A stretch of DNA of 64,000 bases from Octopus vulgaris (GCA_951406725.2 OX597832.1:36332001-36396000), one strand, 5' to 3'; counted from the first letter of the stretch, positions 38,330 through 51,237 are shown. Numbers and translations: made by a program. Notes: a model not told the origin generated them from the letters alone.

Positions 38330-39300
38330 AGAACTGTTAGCACTCCAAGGAGGGGAATGTCCATGTTTGCTGCAAGCATGCTGATGTCCAGTGAGTCCAA
38401 TTGGAGGCAAACAGGTATGACCAAGAAGGCTGCATGGGAAGCTAGGCTGACCAGGGATGGCTGTAGTGTCCCTGTTTTCCCTCCTTTTTCTCTTGTCAGG
38501 AAGAATGGTCAAAAGAAGTTGTTGCCAGTGGACAGTAAAATGTCAGGTGTCATAGTCAATAGCAAGACCAGACTACCAGTGGTGATCAGTTTGGCTGGAA
38601 CAGAGGGATTTCTTTAAGGAGTTCTTGAACCTCTTCTTCGATGATCTTCTATCATGGTGACCAGAAAAGGGTTGACCATGGTCTTGGGAAGTCAAGGATC
38701 CTCTATTCTGGTAATGTGACCCGCCAAGCATAACTGTTTCTTCAGCAAAGTTGCTTCATTGCTGGTGACCTTCGCCAGCATCAAGGTTCTTCTAGAATCT
38801 CAATGTTAGAGCAAAAGTCACTCCAGTGGATGCTGAGTGTAATACAATGGCAGGACTGATGGAATCGCTCAAGGGGTTCTAGGTGCTGCTGATAAATGTG
38901 TCATGACTCTGAGCTGTACAAGAGAGTGATCCCAACTATAGCCCTGATCTTGGTCTCTTTCTTCAGATGATTCTTGTTCCAGACCCTTTTGCACAATCTG
39001 CCAAATGCTCTGTTTGCCGTGGACAGTCTGTTGTCAACTTCTTCGTCAATTTTGGCATCTGATGAGATGGTACACTTTAGGGGGGTGAATGGGTTGACTG
39101 CCTTTAGTTCAGTCTCCCTGGTGGGGATATGAAGAGCAGGTATTCTTGCAGTGGTGGGGATGGTGGAGGACCTCTGTTTTCTTTGAACTGCTTTTTAGGC
39201 CAAAGTGTCAGGCAACCTTTGTAAAAACAAGAGGTGATGCACTGCATCAAGGACTGCATCATCTGTGTGCATAACAAGGGCAGCAGCACCTGGGAAAAGT
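38330..39300 (-). mobile_element. Decayed RTE-clade LINE, RT C-terminal part plus terminal zinc finger
   Basis: ISSDAKIDEEVDNRLSTANRAFGRLCKRVWNKNHLKKETKI..LLYSSES..LERFHQ..IHWSDF..AGHITR..KKRFKNSLKKSL..FPCS..TCLPPIGLTGHQHAC. Confidence 0.9.
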
Positions 39301-39483
39301 AACAATGGATGGGTTGTTCGAGTGTTTGCATATTTATAAACATACTAAATACACATTTATGAATAAACATAGACTTAAGCACAACTCATAAGTGCAGCTA
39401 TACACATATATATATATATATATATGTATGCATACATAAGCACACACACACACACTCATATAGATACAGATATACATGTGTTT

Positions 39484-39650
39484 GTGTGCTGGAGCACCAC
39501 CTTTAGTCAAAGAAGTCAACCTCAGGACTTATTTTTTGTAGGCCTAGTACTTATTCTATTGGTGTCTTTTGGTGAACTGCTAAGTTAGGGGGACATAAAC
39601 TCACCAATATTGGTTATCAACCAATGGTAGGGAACACCCCCAGACACACA
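39484..39650 (-). mobile_element. SINE-A tail half
   Basis: gctggagcaccacctttagtc..ggacttatt..cctagtacttattctat. Confidence 0.8.
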
Positions 39651-40326
39651 AATACATACATACATATATATATATATATTTATACACACACACATGCACG
39701 CACACACACACACATCTATATTTACATTGATATATACATCAAAGAAGGAAGCTGTTACTATTTCCATTGACATTGTCAAAGAAACAAAGAACAAAGCTGA
39801 AGAATTGGTGGAAAACTAAGAAACTTCAGACAGCTTCATATGAAATTATGTTATCATGTGTGCGCATGCGAGTGTGTGCGTATGTGTGTGTGGATACATA
39901 GGTGTGGATATTTGCATGTGTCTATATATGTGTGTACATTTGTGTGTGTGTGCAGTGGGGAGGGTTTCTGTGTTTGTTCAATCGTTATTTGAAGATCTGT
40001 TTTCAAAAAAAGAGAAATAAATATAACTCTCCCATTATGACCACCACTCCTACCATGACTACCTCCAAACACCACCATTACCACCACCACCACCACCACT
40101 ACCACTACCCCCCCCCCATTTTAACTATATTTCCTGTCATTCCCTGCTCCAAAGTATTAAACCGCCTGATTTAATAAAGAGTTGGGTTGACTGTGTGGAT
40201 GGGATGATAAAGCTCAAGTACATGAGGACAGTTTGGTAAATATTGTCAATTCTTCTGCGTCACAATTAACAGAATGAATATTTTATTTGTCAGACAACTT
40301 CCAACAATAGAAGTGGTTCTTCATTG

Positions 40327-40421
40327 CTCTAAAACTACAACACAACAACAACAACAACAATACACTGTTGTGTGACATTTGTCTTTGATCAAATTTATTT
40401 TGGCTGAAGTTGTTTACAAAG
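40327..40421. promoter_or_regulatory. Three-block conserved non-coding module, copy 1 (TCF-like ctttgat plus forkhead-like tgtttac)
   Basis: Blocks ctctaaaactacaacaca, gacatttgtctttgatcaaa and agttgtttacaaag recur at 43469-43548. Regulatory function is inference only. Confidence 0.35.
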
Positions 40422-40644
40422 CTGACTTCCAAGATTCTCTCTCCGTTCAGTGGAATCTCTAATGATAACTGACGTCCAGCATGCTTACAGCCACCGAGAA
40501 TCACAGAGACACTGTTTCCTCATCACCCGGCCATCCCCCCCCCCCCGTACAGCCTCTGCCCGTGTCTCTTTCAAGTAGCTTGTTGAATGCCTCCTTCTCT
40601 TGTCATCCAAAGTGTTTCAACTCTGGAATGGAGTTATCTTCTGT

Positions 40645-40830
40645 CTTTAACTTGTTTCTGTCAATGGACTGTGGCCATGCTGGGGCACTGCCTTGAATCA
40701 ATCCCAGTATTTATATCTTTTAAGCCTGCTACTTATTCTATCAGTTTCTTGTGTTGAACCACTAAGTTATAGGGACATAGACAAGCCAACACCTGTTAGC
40801 AGGCAATTGTAGGAGGCAAATACAAACATA
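40645..40830 (-). mobile_element. SINE-A tail half
   Basis: cttgtttctgtca..gtggccatgctggggcac..accactaagtta. Confidence 0.78.
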
Positions 40831-40857
40831 AAAACACATACATATAGATAGATAGAT

Positions 40858-41160
40858 TCATCATCATCATCATCATCATCATAATTTAACATCCGTTTTC
40901 CATGCTGGCTTGGATTGGATGGTTTGACAGGAGCCGGCAAGTCAGAGGACTGTGCACACTGCTTTGGCATGGTTTCTATAGTTGGATGCCCTTCCTAAAT
41001 GCCAACCACTTGTATGGGTACATTTTATGTGGCACCAGTAGCAATGAGGTCACCAAATAATTTACAAAACAAGACCCCCCCCCCCAACTGAGTGGGTGGG
41101 TAGTATTGAGAAAGATCTTTTTGAACTGGATGACAGGTTAGAGTATGAGGGACAGAACTA
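40858..41160 (-). mobile_element. RTE-D-type 3' tail
   Basis: (CAT)n tttaacatccgttttccatgctgg..ggatgcccttcctaa. Confidence 0.8.
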
Positions 41161-41163
41161 TAT

Positions 41164-41386
41164 GAGCTGGCAGAAGCGTTAGCGCGCCGGGCGAAATGCG
41201 TAGCCGTATTTTGTCTGCCGTTACGTTCTGAGTTCAAATTCCGCCGAGGTCGACTTTGCCTTTCATCCTTTCGGGGTCGATAAATTAAGTACCAGTTACG
41301 CACTGGGGTCGCTGTAATTGACTTAATCCGTTCGTCTGGCCTTGTTTGTCCCCTCTGTGTGGAGCCCCTTGTGGGCAATAGAGAAA
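41164..41386 (+). mobile_element. Young SINE-B variant (CpG intact, alternative tail)
   Basis: gagctggcagaagcgttagcgcgccgggcg..gagttcaaattccgccgaggtcgactttgcctttcatcctttcggggtcgataaattaagtacc; tail gccccttgtgggcaatagagaaa. Confidence 0.92.
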
Positions 41387-42205
41387 TATATATATACATA
41401 TCTATATTGTTCTTAAATGAGAATGTTGTTGACAGTGACTTCGAAGTTTCAACCAGCAAATTCACACTCTTCTACAGTGAAAAACAAGTTCTCAGCCTAC
41501 TGTTTTCACCAGTTGCCCTGAGAGATAAATGAGAAACAATTGACCTTTTGATCTTTCTCAAGGCTTTCTTGTGGTCAAAACTTATATAGTGAAGAATTCC
41601 CATTGTTCTCAATGACTGAATTTAATTAGAAAACTTATAAATACACAAGCAAATTTCAGTTAACCTCTTTTGGTCATCCAGCGTCTGGCAAAGAAGCAAG
41701 CTTTCTTGCTGTGCATTGCAAATGTAGACTTCTTAACATTTCTATCTGCCTACCTTCCTTTTATTCTGTCTTTCTCCCTGGCACTCACAGACATGGAACT
41801 ACTATCCTACACAATGAACCAAGAAACCAGAGACCAAATACTTCACTGCATCTGTGCATGTGCAAGAAGCTCAACAAAGTTGCATGTGTCTTTTATATCG
41901 CAATGAATTGCATTATCAGCATCTTCAACATTGCAGCAACTTAACAATTGAAATATAATAAATGGCCAAATTGATAATCAAGCAACAATTGTTCTTTGTT
42001 CATTTCTCTGATGCCTCACCACATTAAACTCCATCGTTACATTTGGTGACCGCTGACTAAGGAATAACAACCTTCTATTCAAAATACTTCTGTTCAACCC
42101 AATAGCCATCTTCTCAAACAAATACTGCAAAATTCATTAGACCGCACTCAACAGAATTAGAACCTTCATAAGAAATTACCATTAAATTTCATCATTTCAG
42201 ATATA

Positions 42206-42700
42206 TCATCATCATCATTTAGCGTCCGTTTTCCATGCTAGCATGGGTTGGACGGTTCAACTGGGGTCTGGGGAGCCCGAAGGCTGCACCAGGCCAGTCA
42301 GATCTGGCAGTGTTTCTACAGCTGGATGCCCTTCCTAACGCCAACCACTCCGAGAGTGTAGTGGGTGATTTTATGTGCCACCGACACAGGTGCCAGACGA
42401 GGCTGGCGAACGGCCACGCTCGGATGGTGTTTTTATGTGCCACCGACACAGGTGCCAGACGAGGCTGGCAGACGGCCACGCTCGGATGGTGTTTTTATGT
42501 GCCACCGACACAGGTGCCAGATGAGGCTGGCGGATGGCCACGATCGGATGGTGTTTGTTACGTCCCCAAAGCACGGAGGCCAGTCTATGCGGTACTGGCT
42601 ACGGCCACGTTCGGATGATTTTCTTGTGTGCCACCGGCACTGGTACCACAAAGATACAAATTCCATTGATGTTCATCTATTTTGATTTGTTTTGATTTTC
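42206..42700 (-). mobile_element. Young RTE-D 3' UTR/tail with three 62-bp tandem units
   Basis: atgtgccaccgacacaggtgccaga at 42373, 42435 and 42497. Confidence 0.9.
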
Positions 42701-42717
42701 ACATATATATATATATA

Positions 42718-43405
42718 CAGGGTGCAATGGGTAAATTGTTGCCATTTTATATTTCTAATTTTCATGCGTGCACATTGTATGTGTTTGATTTTGTTGATTA
42801 CACAGTACAGTAGGGTCAGTCGGGCACCGTCTGCGAGAAAACAGCACCATGATGCAATTCGCTTAGCTCTGCTAGAAATTTGAAAACGACATGCTGTAAC
42901 TCTTTGGCATTTATGCTGGAAGCTCCAATATGAACATTTCAGAGTGTTTGGGTGTCAATTTGAGGACAGTGAACTATGAGGACATGTACCAAACATGTTA
43001 ACATCATGGTGTTTGGAGGGATCACCTGTGATGGCGATGTTATGCCTCTGTTCATCTTCCCAGGAGGCCTCAGACTCAACACAGAGGCCTACATCAAATG
43101 CCTGGAAGAGTTAGTGTTGCCCTGGGGGAAGAGGGTGGCTGCTGGAAGACCCTATGTCTGGCAACAGGACTCTGCACCATGCCACACAAGCAGGAGAACC
43201 CAGTCATGGCAGTCAGACAATTTCTGCAATCACATTACCCTTAACATCTGGCCACCTAACTCCCCACACTGCAAGCCCCTTGATTATTATGTGTGTGGCA
43301 CAGTTGAGCGAGAGACCAACAAAACTCCTTGCAACACCAAAGATGAACTGAAGGCAAGGATTATGGCAGCATTCACCAACTTAAACGAAGAGACCATCCA
43401 GAAGT
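42718..43405 (+). mobile_element. Tc1/mariner DD37D (maT-type) relic, 5' end plus catalytic domain
   Basis: TA|cagggtg start; MVFGGI..WQQDSAPCH..IWPPNSPHCKPLDY with 37 residues between the 2nd and 3rd Asp; N-terminal part deleted. Confidence 0.88.
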
Positions 43406-43468
43406 GAAGGATATCACGTTGATGCCTCCTCTTCCTTCCTCTACATTAACCTCCCCTGCCTATTTCTT

Positions 43469-43548
43469 CTCTAAAACTACAACACAGCTTATAATAAAGC
43501 GACGTTTGTCTTTGATCAAAGGGATTTGGATTGGAGTTGTTTACAAAG
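43469..43548. promoter_or_regulatory. Three-block conserved non-coding module, copy 2
   Basis: Same three blocks as 40327-40421, with the same 14-bp spacer between blocks 2 and 3. Confidence 0.35.
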
Positions 43549-44000
43549 TTGTTATGAAATATCCTCTCATCACAAGGAACACCTTCCTCTTTAGGCATAC
43601 AATGGAATAATGTGGTGTGAGTGGAAGTGGGAGTGAGTAGATAAGAAAGGAAGTGGGGGGAGGGGGTGAAGGACAGTATGAAAGAGTGAGTGAAACATCA
43701 AATGAATGAATTATTAACAAGACGAGGGAGAAAGTGAGGCAAAGGAAGAGAAAGAGGAGGAGGAGGAGGAGGAGGAGAGAGACAGGGACAGACAGACAGA
43801 CAAAATTGAAAGGAAGTAGTTGATTCAAAAAGATGAAAGTTTCATCTTTAATGAAAGGAAGCTGGAAATATATTGACCTGATCTTAATATTTGGAAGATA
43901 TTCAATGTTGACTATGTTAGGGGGTAGATACACCCGGGTGTATGATACAGTGACTGGTTCAATTACTGTGCCAGATCAATGATTATTTACATAACCACTT

Positions 44001-44185
44001 AGCAAGCAAGCAAGCAAACATCCAAACATCCATCCATCCATCCACCCATCCATCCATCCATCCATCCACCCACCCATCCAAACATCCATCCATCCAAACA
44101 TCCAAATATCCATCCATCCATCCACCCATCCATCCATCCATCCATCCATCCACCCATCCAAACATCCATCTATCCATCCATCCAT
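44001..44185. repeat. (GCAA)n/(CATC)n microsatellite
   Basis: Direct inspection. Confidence 0.95.
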
Positions 44186-44398
44186 ACATGTATACATATG
44201 AGAGAAAGAGAAAATGGAATTCACAAGATTCTGTACTAACCACAATGATCATTTCAGCCCATCTTGCATTGGTCCTAGCGGGTGGGATACTATACAACTG
44301 GCTAAGGTGCATCCTTCAGGGCAGATGTGCCTTGCCTAGTAGACAGTGAAAACATTTTAAATGTATATCCGAATTACATATGCAAACATACATACATA

Positions 44399-44433
<35 letters not shown>

Positions 44434-44904
44434 AAACATACATATATGTATGATGTACTGTTCTATGATGGTAAGATCAACAAAAAAAAATGTACTCCAT
44501 CTGGAGAGAGATAAATATTATTTAATAGGCACAATACATGTTCTTATGTGCTACTAATAGTTTTATATGTTGAGAAATACCTCAGACATAATCATCAGAC
44601 ACAAACCACATGTCTTAATGAACTAAAAATTAAATGAGAGAAGAAGCACAAAAAGTTGAGAAGGAAGAACATAGAAGATGTGGAAGGTTAAAAAACAGAA
44701 AATGAAAACTGGAAAACACAAAAATAAAATTTAAAAGTAAACTATATATATATAATAAGTGGAGGTGAGGCTGCACTTATTAGATGTGATTGAAAAGTTC
44801 ACTTTCCAACAAATCTCTATCTTTTACTTTTGGGCACTTAGACTGCGGCCATGCTGGGGCATTGCCTTGAAGAATTTTTAGTCAAATGAATCAACTTTTA
44901 TTTT

Positions 44905-45041
44905 CCAAAGCTTCTTCTTGGTTGATGAAAGCCAAGTACAATAGTCTGTTTTGGACCAGATACTTCTCACTAGGTAAATGGCACCTGTGGCACAAAAACC
45001 AAATTGCATCTCATCTAGTTTGATTTTATTCCTAATCAATT
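44905..45041 (-). mobile_element. RTE RT-domain fragment, inverted
   Basis: QLIRNKIKLDEMQFGF..GAIYLVR..LLYLAFIN, the 'QFGF...AF.D.EKA' region of non-LTR RT. Confidence 0.8.
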
Positions 45042-45935
45042 GAGGACATGCATAAGTTAGCAAGGAATGAAGCCAGTATGCTCTGATGGATGTGTAATGT
45101 CATTGTGCATACTTGATAGAGTGTAAGTACCTTGAGAGAGAGGTTGGACCTAAGAAGCATCAGATGTGGTGTGCAAGAGAGACGTTTGCGCTGGTATGGT
45201 CATGTGGTGAGAATGGATGAGGATAACTGTGTGAAAAAGTGCCACACCCTAGCAGTTGAGGGAACCTGTGGAAGAGGTAGATCCAGGAAGACCTGGGATG
45301 AGGTGGTGAAGCACGACCTTTGAACATTAGGTCTCACCGAGGAAATGACTAGTGACCGAGACCTTTGGAAGTATGCTGTACTTGAGAAGACCTGGCAAGG
45401 CAAGTGAGACCATAACCTGTGACCTATGCCAGGGGCGTAACCAGCCCACTTATGCATACCTTTCCTTCATTGGACACTAAACTAAGCTTGCGAAGACCTG
45501 TTGAGGCAAGTGAAATCGAAATCGGAATCAAATTCGATGACTGGCATCTGTGCTGATGGAGCGCTAAGAGCACCATCCGAGTGTGATCGTTGCCAGAGCA
45601 GCTGACTGGCTTCCGTGCTGGTGGCATGTAAAAGGGCACCATTCGAGCGTGATGTTTACCAGCGTTGCTTTACTGGCACTTGTGTTGGTGGCATGTGAAA
45701 AACACCATTTGAGTGTGGCTGTTGCCGGTACTGTCTGACTGGCCCTTGTGCCAGTGGCACGTAAAAGCACCCACTACACTCTCGGAGTGATTGGCGTTAG
45801 GAAGGGCATTCAGCTGTAGAAACTCTGCTAGATCAGATTGGAGCCTGGTGCAGCCATCTGGTTCGCCAGTCCTCAGTGAAATCATCCAACCCATGCTAGC
45901 ATGGAAAGCAGACATTAAACGATGATGATGATGAT
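45042..45935 (+). mobile_element. 5'-truncated RTE-D LINE
   Basis: EDMHKLARNEASML..RRLRWYGHVVRMDED..GTCGRGRSRKTWDEVVKHDL, 3' UTR and (GAT)n. Confidence 0.92.
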
Positions 45936-46699
45936 ATATAGTGTGTAAATTGTGGTTTAGAGCAATAGCTCTATTGTTCAGAGTTAGCGGTATTTCAATA
46001 TCCTTCAGTATTTTATTTATATTTTACCTTTAAATGTCTAAACTTGCTTGCCCTTTATTATCAACTTTATTTTTAGTAATGTTAGTGATATTTATTTAAA
46101 TTTGTATATATATATATATATAAACAAACAATGGCTAGCAGACAGAGAAGTGGGTCCCCCTCCCCTCAGCTGATTTAGCAAATAATGTTCTGTTCTATGT
46201 TTTACGCCTGATTATCTTGTTTTTATTGTGGCACACTTTGTCATATCCCTTATTTATTTCCCTACAAATAGTTGTACTTTTAAAGTCTTAATTCATCCAT
46301 TTATACATTTAGCCCCCTATCCCCCCCCCCCTTCTTTCCCATCACATCATATAAATTGTCTGTTGCAACCCATTCTGTTGTTTTGTAAATCCTCTAGAGA
46401 ATGTTTTACATTTTTTTGTATCTCTTCCAACCTTTGTGGCTAATAAATAAAAGAAACCATCACCATCATCATCATCATCATCATCATTATTGCATTCCCT
46501 TTTGTATTTCCAATTTATATCTTGTAGGGTCAGGTCAAAACTATGGGCCTGAGGCTTGATAGGGAAATGTCACTTGATTGACAGCATTCTCTATAATATG
46601 CCGGCTTCTTCCCCCTTCCCCACCAGAGAACAAATCCACCCCACCCCGTAGAGCAGCCTTCTGGACTACATAGATATTAGAGTTGCCCAGGATACAGTA

Positions 46700-47105
46700 C
46701 TCTTTTACTTGTTTCAGTCATTTGACTGTGGCCATGCTGGAGCACCACCTTTAGTTGAGCAAATCGACCCCAGGACTTATTCTTTGCAAGCTTAGTACTT
46801 ATTCCATCGGTCTCTTTTGCCGAACCGCAAAGTTACAGGAATGTAAACACACCAGCATCGGTTGTCAAGCGATGCTGGGTGGGGGGGGACCAAAAACAGA
46901 CATGCAAACATACACATACACATACATATATATACATATATACTACAGTCTTCTTTCATTTTCCGTCTGCCAAATCCACTCACAAGACTTTGGTCGGCCC
47001 GAGGCTAAAGAAGAAGGCACTTGCCCAAGGTGCCACGCAGTGGGAATGAACCCAGAACCATGTGGTTTGTAAGCAAGCTACTTACCACGCAGCCACTCCT
47101 GCGCC
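46700..47105 (-). mobile_element. SINE-A, full length, low divergence
   Basis: Reverse complement of 13187-13600; ends cagccactcctgcgcc. Confidence 0.93.
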
Positions 47106-47164
47106 TGTAGTTGGACTTCTACATGAATCCTAGAGCTTTCATAGCCACTGCTATTATTTCACTC

Positions 47165-47587
47165 TTTATCTTTTTTATCTTTTACTTCAGTCATTAGATT
47201 GTGGCCATGCTGGGGCACCACTTTGAGGAATTTTAGTTGAACAAATTGACCTCAGCATGTATTTTTTAAAGCCTGGTACTTATTTTATCAGTCTCTTTTG
47301 CTGAACCACTAAATTACAGGGGATGTAAACACACCAACACTGGTTATCAAGTGGTGGTGAAGGACAAACATAGGGACAAACACACACACACACATCACAC
47401 ACACTCACACTCACATATATATATGATGGGTTTCTTTCAGTTTCAGTCTATCAAATCCACTCACAAAGCTTTTGTCAGCCTGAGCCTGTAGTAGAAGACA
47501 CTTGCCCAAGGTACCATGTAATGGGTGTGAACCCAGAACCATGTGGTTGGGAAGCAAGCTTCATACCACAAAGCCACACCTGTGCCA
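47165..47587 (-). mobile_element. SINE-A, full length (older subfamily)
   Basis: ttttacttcagtcattaga..gccacacctgtgcc. Confidence 0.88.
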
Positions 47588-47699
47588 TACCTGATCCTGT
47601 TGGTTTCAGTCTCCATGTCTTTGTACTTGCTAATATTTGACTTATTCTTCATTCTTCCCCATGAAATGTCAGGCGATGAAAGATCTCCACCTAGCATAA

Positions 47700-48030
47700 C
47701 TGCAAGCCCTCTCACAGACCTACTCTCAAGATAGGCCCAAAGTCGCCAGATCCTCCTCCACTGTTTTCAAACAGGTCTTGACAGAACCATCTTTCTTTCA
47801 ATATTACACTCTCACTTCCCCTCAAAAGAGTCTTGCATTTATCTCCTTCTAGTCATGTGTAGCCCATAGCCAAGCAACTTCCACTCTCTCAACATGCTGC
47901 TATCCCAGAGGTCATTCAGTCCAGCCCTTTTCCTGACTTCTTCAATCACAATGTGGTCACACCAAGAAATTCTTAATATGGTTCTAAACCAATGTCTGTG
48001 GAAGCTTTTCTAAAGCAAGTCTTGTATTAA
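47700..48030 (-). mobile_element. Decayed RTE-clade fragment
   Basis: FHRHWFRTILRISWCDHIVIEEVRKRAG..WKLLGY.LHM. Confidence 0.65.
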
Positions 48031-48129
48031 ATATTGTAATTCTTTGCAGGAATAATTTCTCAGTTTCTACAATATCAATGACAGAATCAATAATATTAAT
48101 ACAGAGAGGTAATACTTATCTCCACTTAA

Positions 48130-48870
48130 ATGTGAATGATCTGTGAGAACAAACTTTGCTGTGGTTGATACCATGAGAGAAACTCTCATATTGGCTTCAG
48201 GGGCAAAATGCACACTATAATTATTATTGTAACCAGTTATCATTTTCATTAAGCATAACTTCGTTTTCAAAAATTACTTTAAGCATTTCTTAAATTTTTT
48301 TTTCTTAATTATCTTATCTACTTATACGTCATTAACCTGTATTGTCCCAGGGAATTTGTCTGGTGATTTTCAAAGGCGTGGTTTTAAAAGAATTATTTAT
48401 CTCTATACAATACCTTTCTAATCTATTATTATTAGGTGTATATTTTCTACTTTAATCATTGCAATCATGTTTATACTATGTTTATGTTAAGCTTATCATA
48501 TTTTTATTAATTTTCATGGCAGAGTTATCCATTATCATCTCGGTTATTATATTTGTTTTCCTACATAAAGTATCTATTCTATAATTTAATTCATCCTCGC
48601 TCCGCATTCCTATTCTAAGTTGGTGACTCTTATCTTTTATAACAAGTTGTTTATTTAACCATATATTTTCTATTGTTGTGCGTACACAAGAATATAGGAA
48701 ATCATTTAACTCACTTCTATCACTGGATATTGATATGCAATGGTGCCGAACTCCCCTTTGTGCATTTGCATTATTTATAGTGTTCCTTTATTTAAGTTTG
48801 TATTTAAGTGTGGGCTTTCTAATTGTCATTATTAATATTTATCGATTTATTAAGATATCTATTATTCTTA
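48130..48870 (-). mobile_element. Possible highly decayed Penelope-like (GIY-YIG) relic
   Basis: Faint frameshifted motifs (SY.SC; FK.RL.NH; YNN..C.FC.E) in the expected order in AT-rich sequence. Confidence 0.25.
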
Positions 48871-50357
48871 ATTAACAAAACAATGTAAATTTCAGTAAAC
48901 TGTTGCATTTAGAAAACAATACAGCTATTGTATGTTGTTCATAATTATGATTCTTTGCAATGCACAAGATAAAACACTTGACTAAGGGGCTAAAATCAAA
49001 TAAATTGATCCTCATTTGATATCTGGTATTAATATTATTAACTCTAGAATGATGAAATACTTAGCTGGAACTCTGAATGTAAAAGAATGCAATTATATAC
49101 TGCACAATATTTTTTCAGCTTCTTCTATTTGCCATTCCATCGCCTGAATAATTTCAGATTAAGAAACAAAACAAGCAGTTTTGAAGGATACCACCAACCC
49201 CCAGTATTTATCTAATACTTTATTTAAACAACTCCAGGGGAGTGAGTCACGAGTTGACTCCAGCAGGATTTGAGCTCAGCACATAATGAGCCAGAAGACA
49301 TACTGCAAGGTATTTTGTCCAACACTCTGATTCTGGCAATGTAGCACACACGGAAGAGAAGAGAAGGAACACATCTGATTGGCAAAGCACGCAATACAAA
49401 ACCCTTAAAAGAGATAGCCATTCACTGAGCAGATTTCATTGAGTACTGCTGTGATCCAACCTGTGAAAACAGAACTGAAACCAGCTGCTTTGAAAACAGC
49501 AGCCAAGTGGTGATGGATGACCTTATCAAGAGCTTTTCCCTGATCTGTGTATGTGTGTGTGCATGTGTATGCATGCATACTTGACAACAAAGATCAGATA
49601 ACTGTAAAATTCATGTCCACTAAACAGTAACTAACAAAGTTGATCGCATGCAGAGCAAAGGTTGAAGCAAACAGCAATGATCTCCCTAAAACATATATTG
49701 GGACAACGTAACTCACATTCAAAAACTGTTATTACAAGCATAAACATTCATTTGTCAGCCCTGAAAGAAAATGTGCTACAGCTTTGTCAAAGTTTATATG
49801 GCTCTTGCATGAGACAAGTCATCATGAATTCAAAATGACCTGGTCTACTGTAGATAGTGCGCAACCATACAGGAATGCAGTGTGACCTTTGTTTGAGCAA
49901 AAAAAACTGAGAATTTTCTCTCAAGATGTTAATAATTTTACCAAAAGAACTGACCCCTTGTATGCACATGGCTAAGTATCGTTTATGCAAATACACCCCT
50001 CTTTGAATTTTGTTCTTGTTCAGAAAAAAAACGTCAGTTTTTAAAACGCTTTGTTTTATTGATATATACTTTAATATGTGTGGGTGCATGTCTATGTGTG
50101 AGCATATGTGTATAGACATGTGTATAGCTATACTTCTATGTATATATGTATACATGGTTATATAATTTTGTGTATATATGTATGTATATGAGAGTACATA
50201 TGTGTATATGTATGCATTTGCTCAGGCACATGGAAAATAAACATCCACATACACTCATTGTTTTTAAAAAGTTTGATTAAAAGTCTTGCTTATTTGGGAA
50301 CATAAATTCGATGGAGCTTAAGGTGCCATGCCGTGGGATTGAATCTGGAACCATGAT

Positions 50358-50390
<33 letters not shown>

Positions 50391-51206
50391 TATATAGACG
50401 CATATATGAAATTTCTTTAACTCCCATGCTATATAGTAGCACCTTGAAGTAAATCAGAGTTTAGGGAGTATTTACAATTTATATGAAATACATATTAGTT
50501 GCTTGAATAACAAAGTGAGTCTGGAAATGTGACAATTTCAAATTATGTTTGAAATTTCTTTAATTCACTGAAGTTGAAGATGGTCTTGAGAGAATAATGG
50601 ACTTCACAATAGCATTGGGCCTTAAGTTACGGAAATAAACACTAACATTTAATTATATCCTCCTACTTTCGGTCTCCAAATCCTTTCAGAGTCTATGTGG
50701 CCTTTCATTCCAACAAAATGATATCTGTAATAATCTCGGGTCAAATCATTGGATAATACACACATCACCTCTACACAAGCCTGTCGATGATAAACCTACC
50801 ACATCCTTACCTGTCTATACCTCTATAGAATATACACTCGGCCTCTATACATGTGAATGTATATTGAACAGTGATTGTTTTTGTCCAGTCTTTTTCTAAT
50901 CTAATTACCATTTTACAAATTACCATTCTATCCTGTCCGTTTCTTAAATAATTCCTTGACAGAACTTTTCACACAGCTCCAGGCTACAGAGAACTTACAA
51001 GTAACACCTTGCACAAGAAAATGTATGTGACACTAATGGAGAAAAAAGAAAATTTCCATTAAAGAAAGCAAAAAATGTATTGAAATTACTTCTTCATAAT
51101 TTTGTAGATCATTTCAAGAACATCCTAGCAGCACAAATATATATCATCATCATTTTAAATATATATACATATATATACATATATATGCATATATATGTAT
51201 ATATAC

Positions 51207-51237
<31 letters not shown>

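Noticed and set aside
42369-42560. CRISPR-like regular repeats
   Set aside because: Contiguous tandem units with no unique spacers, no cas genes, and located inside a LINE 3' UTR in eukaryotic DNA.
43976-44312. WMDG-repeat ORFs
   Set aside because: (GGAT)n microsatellite.
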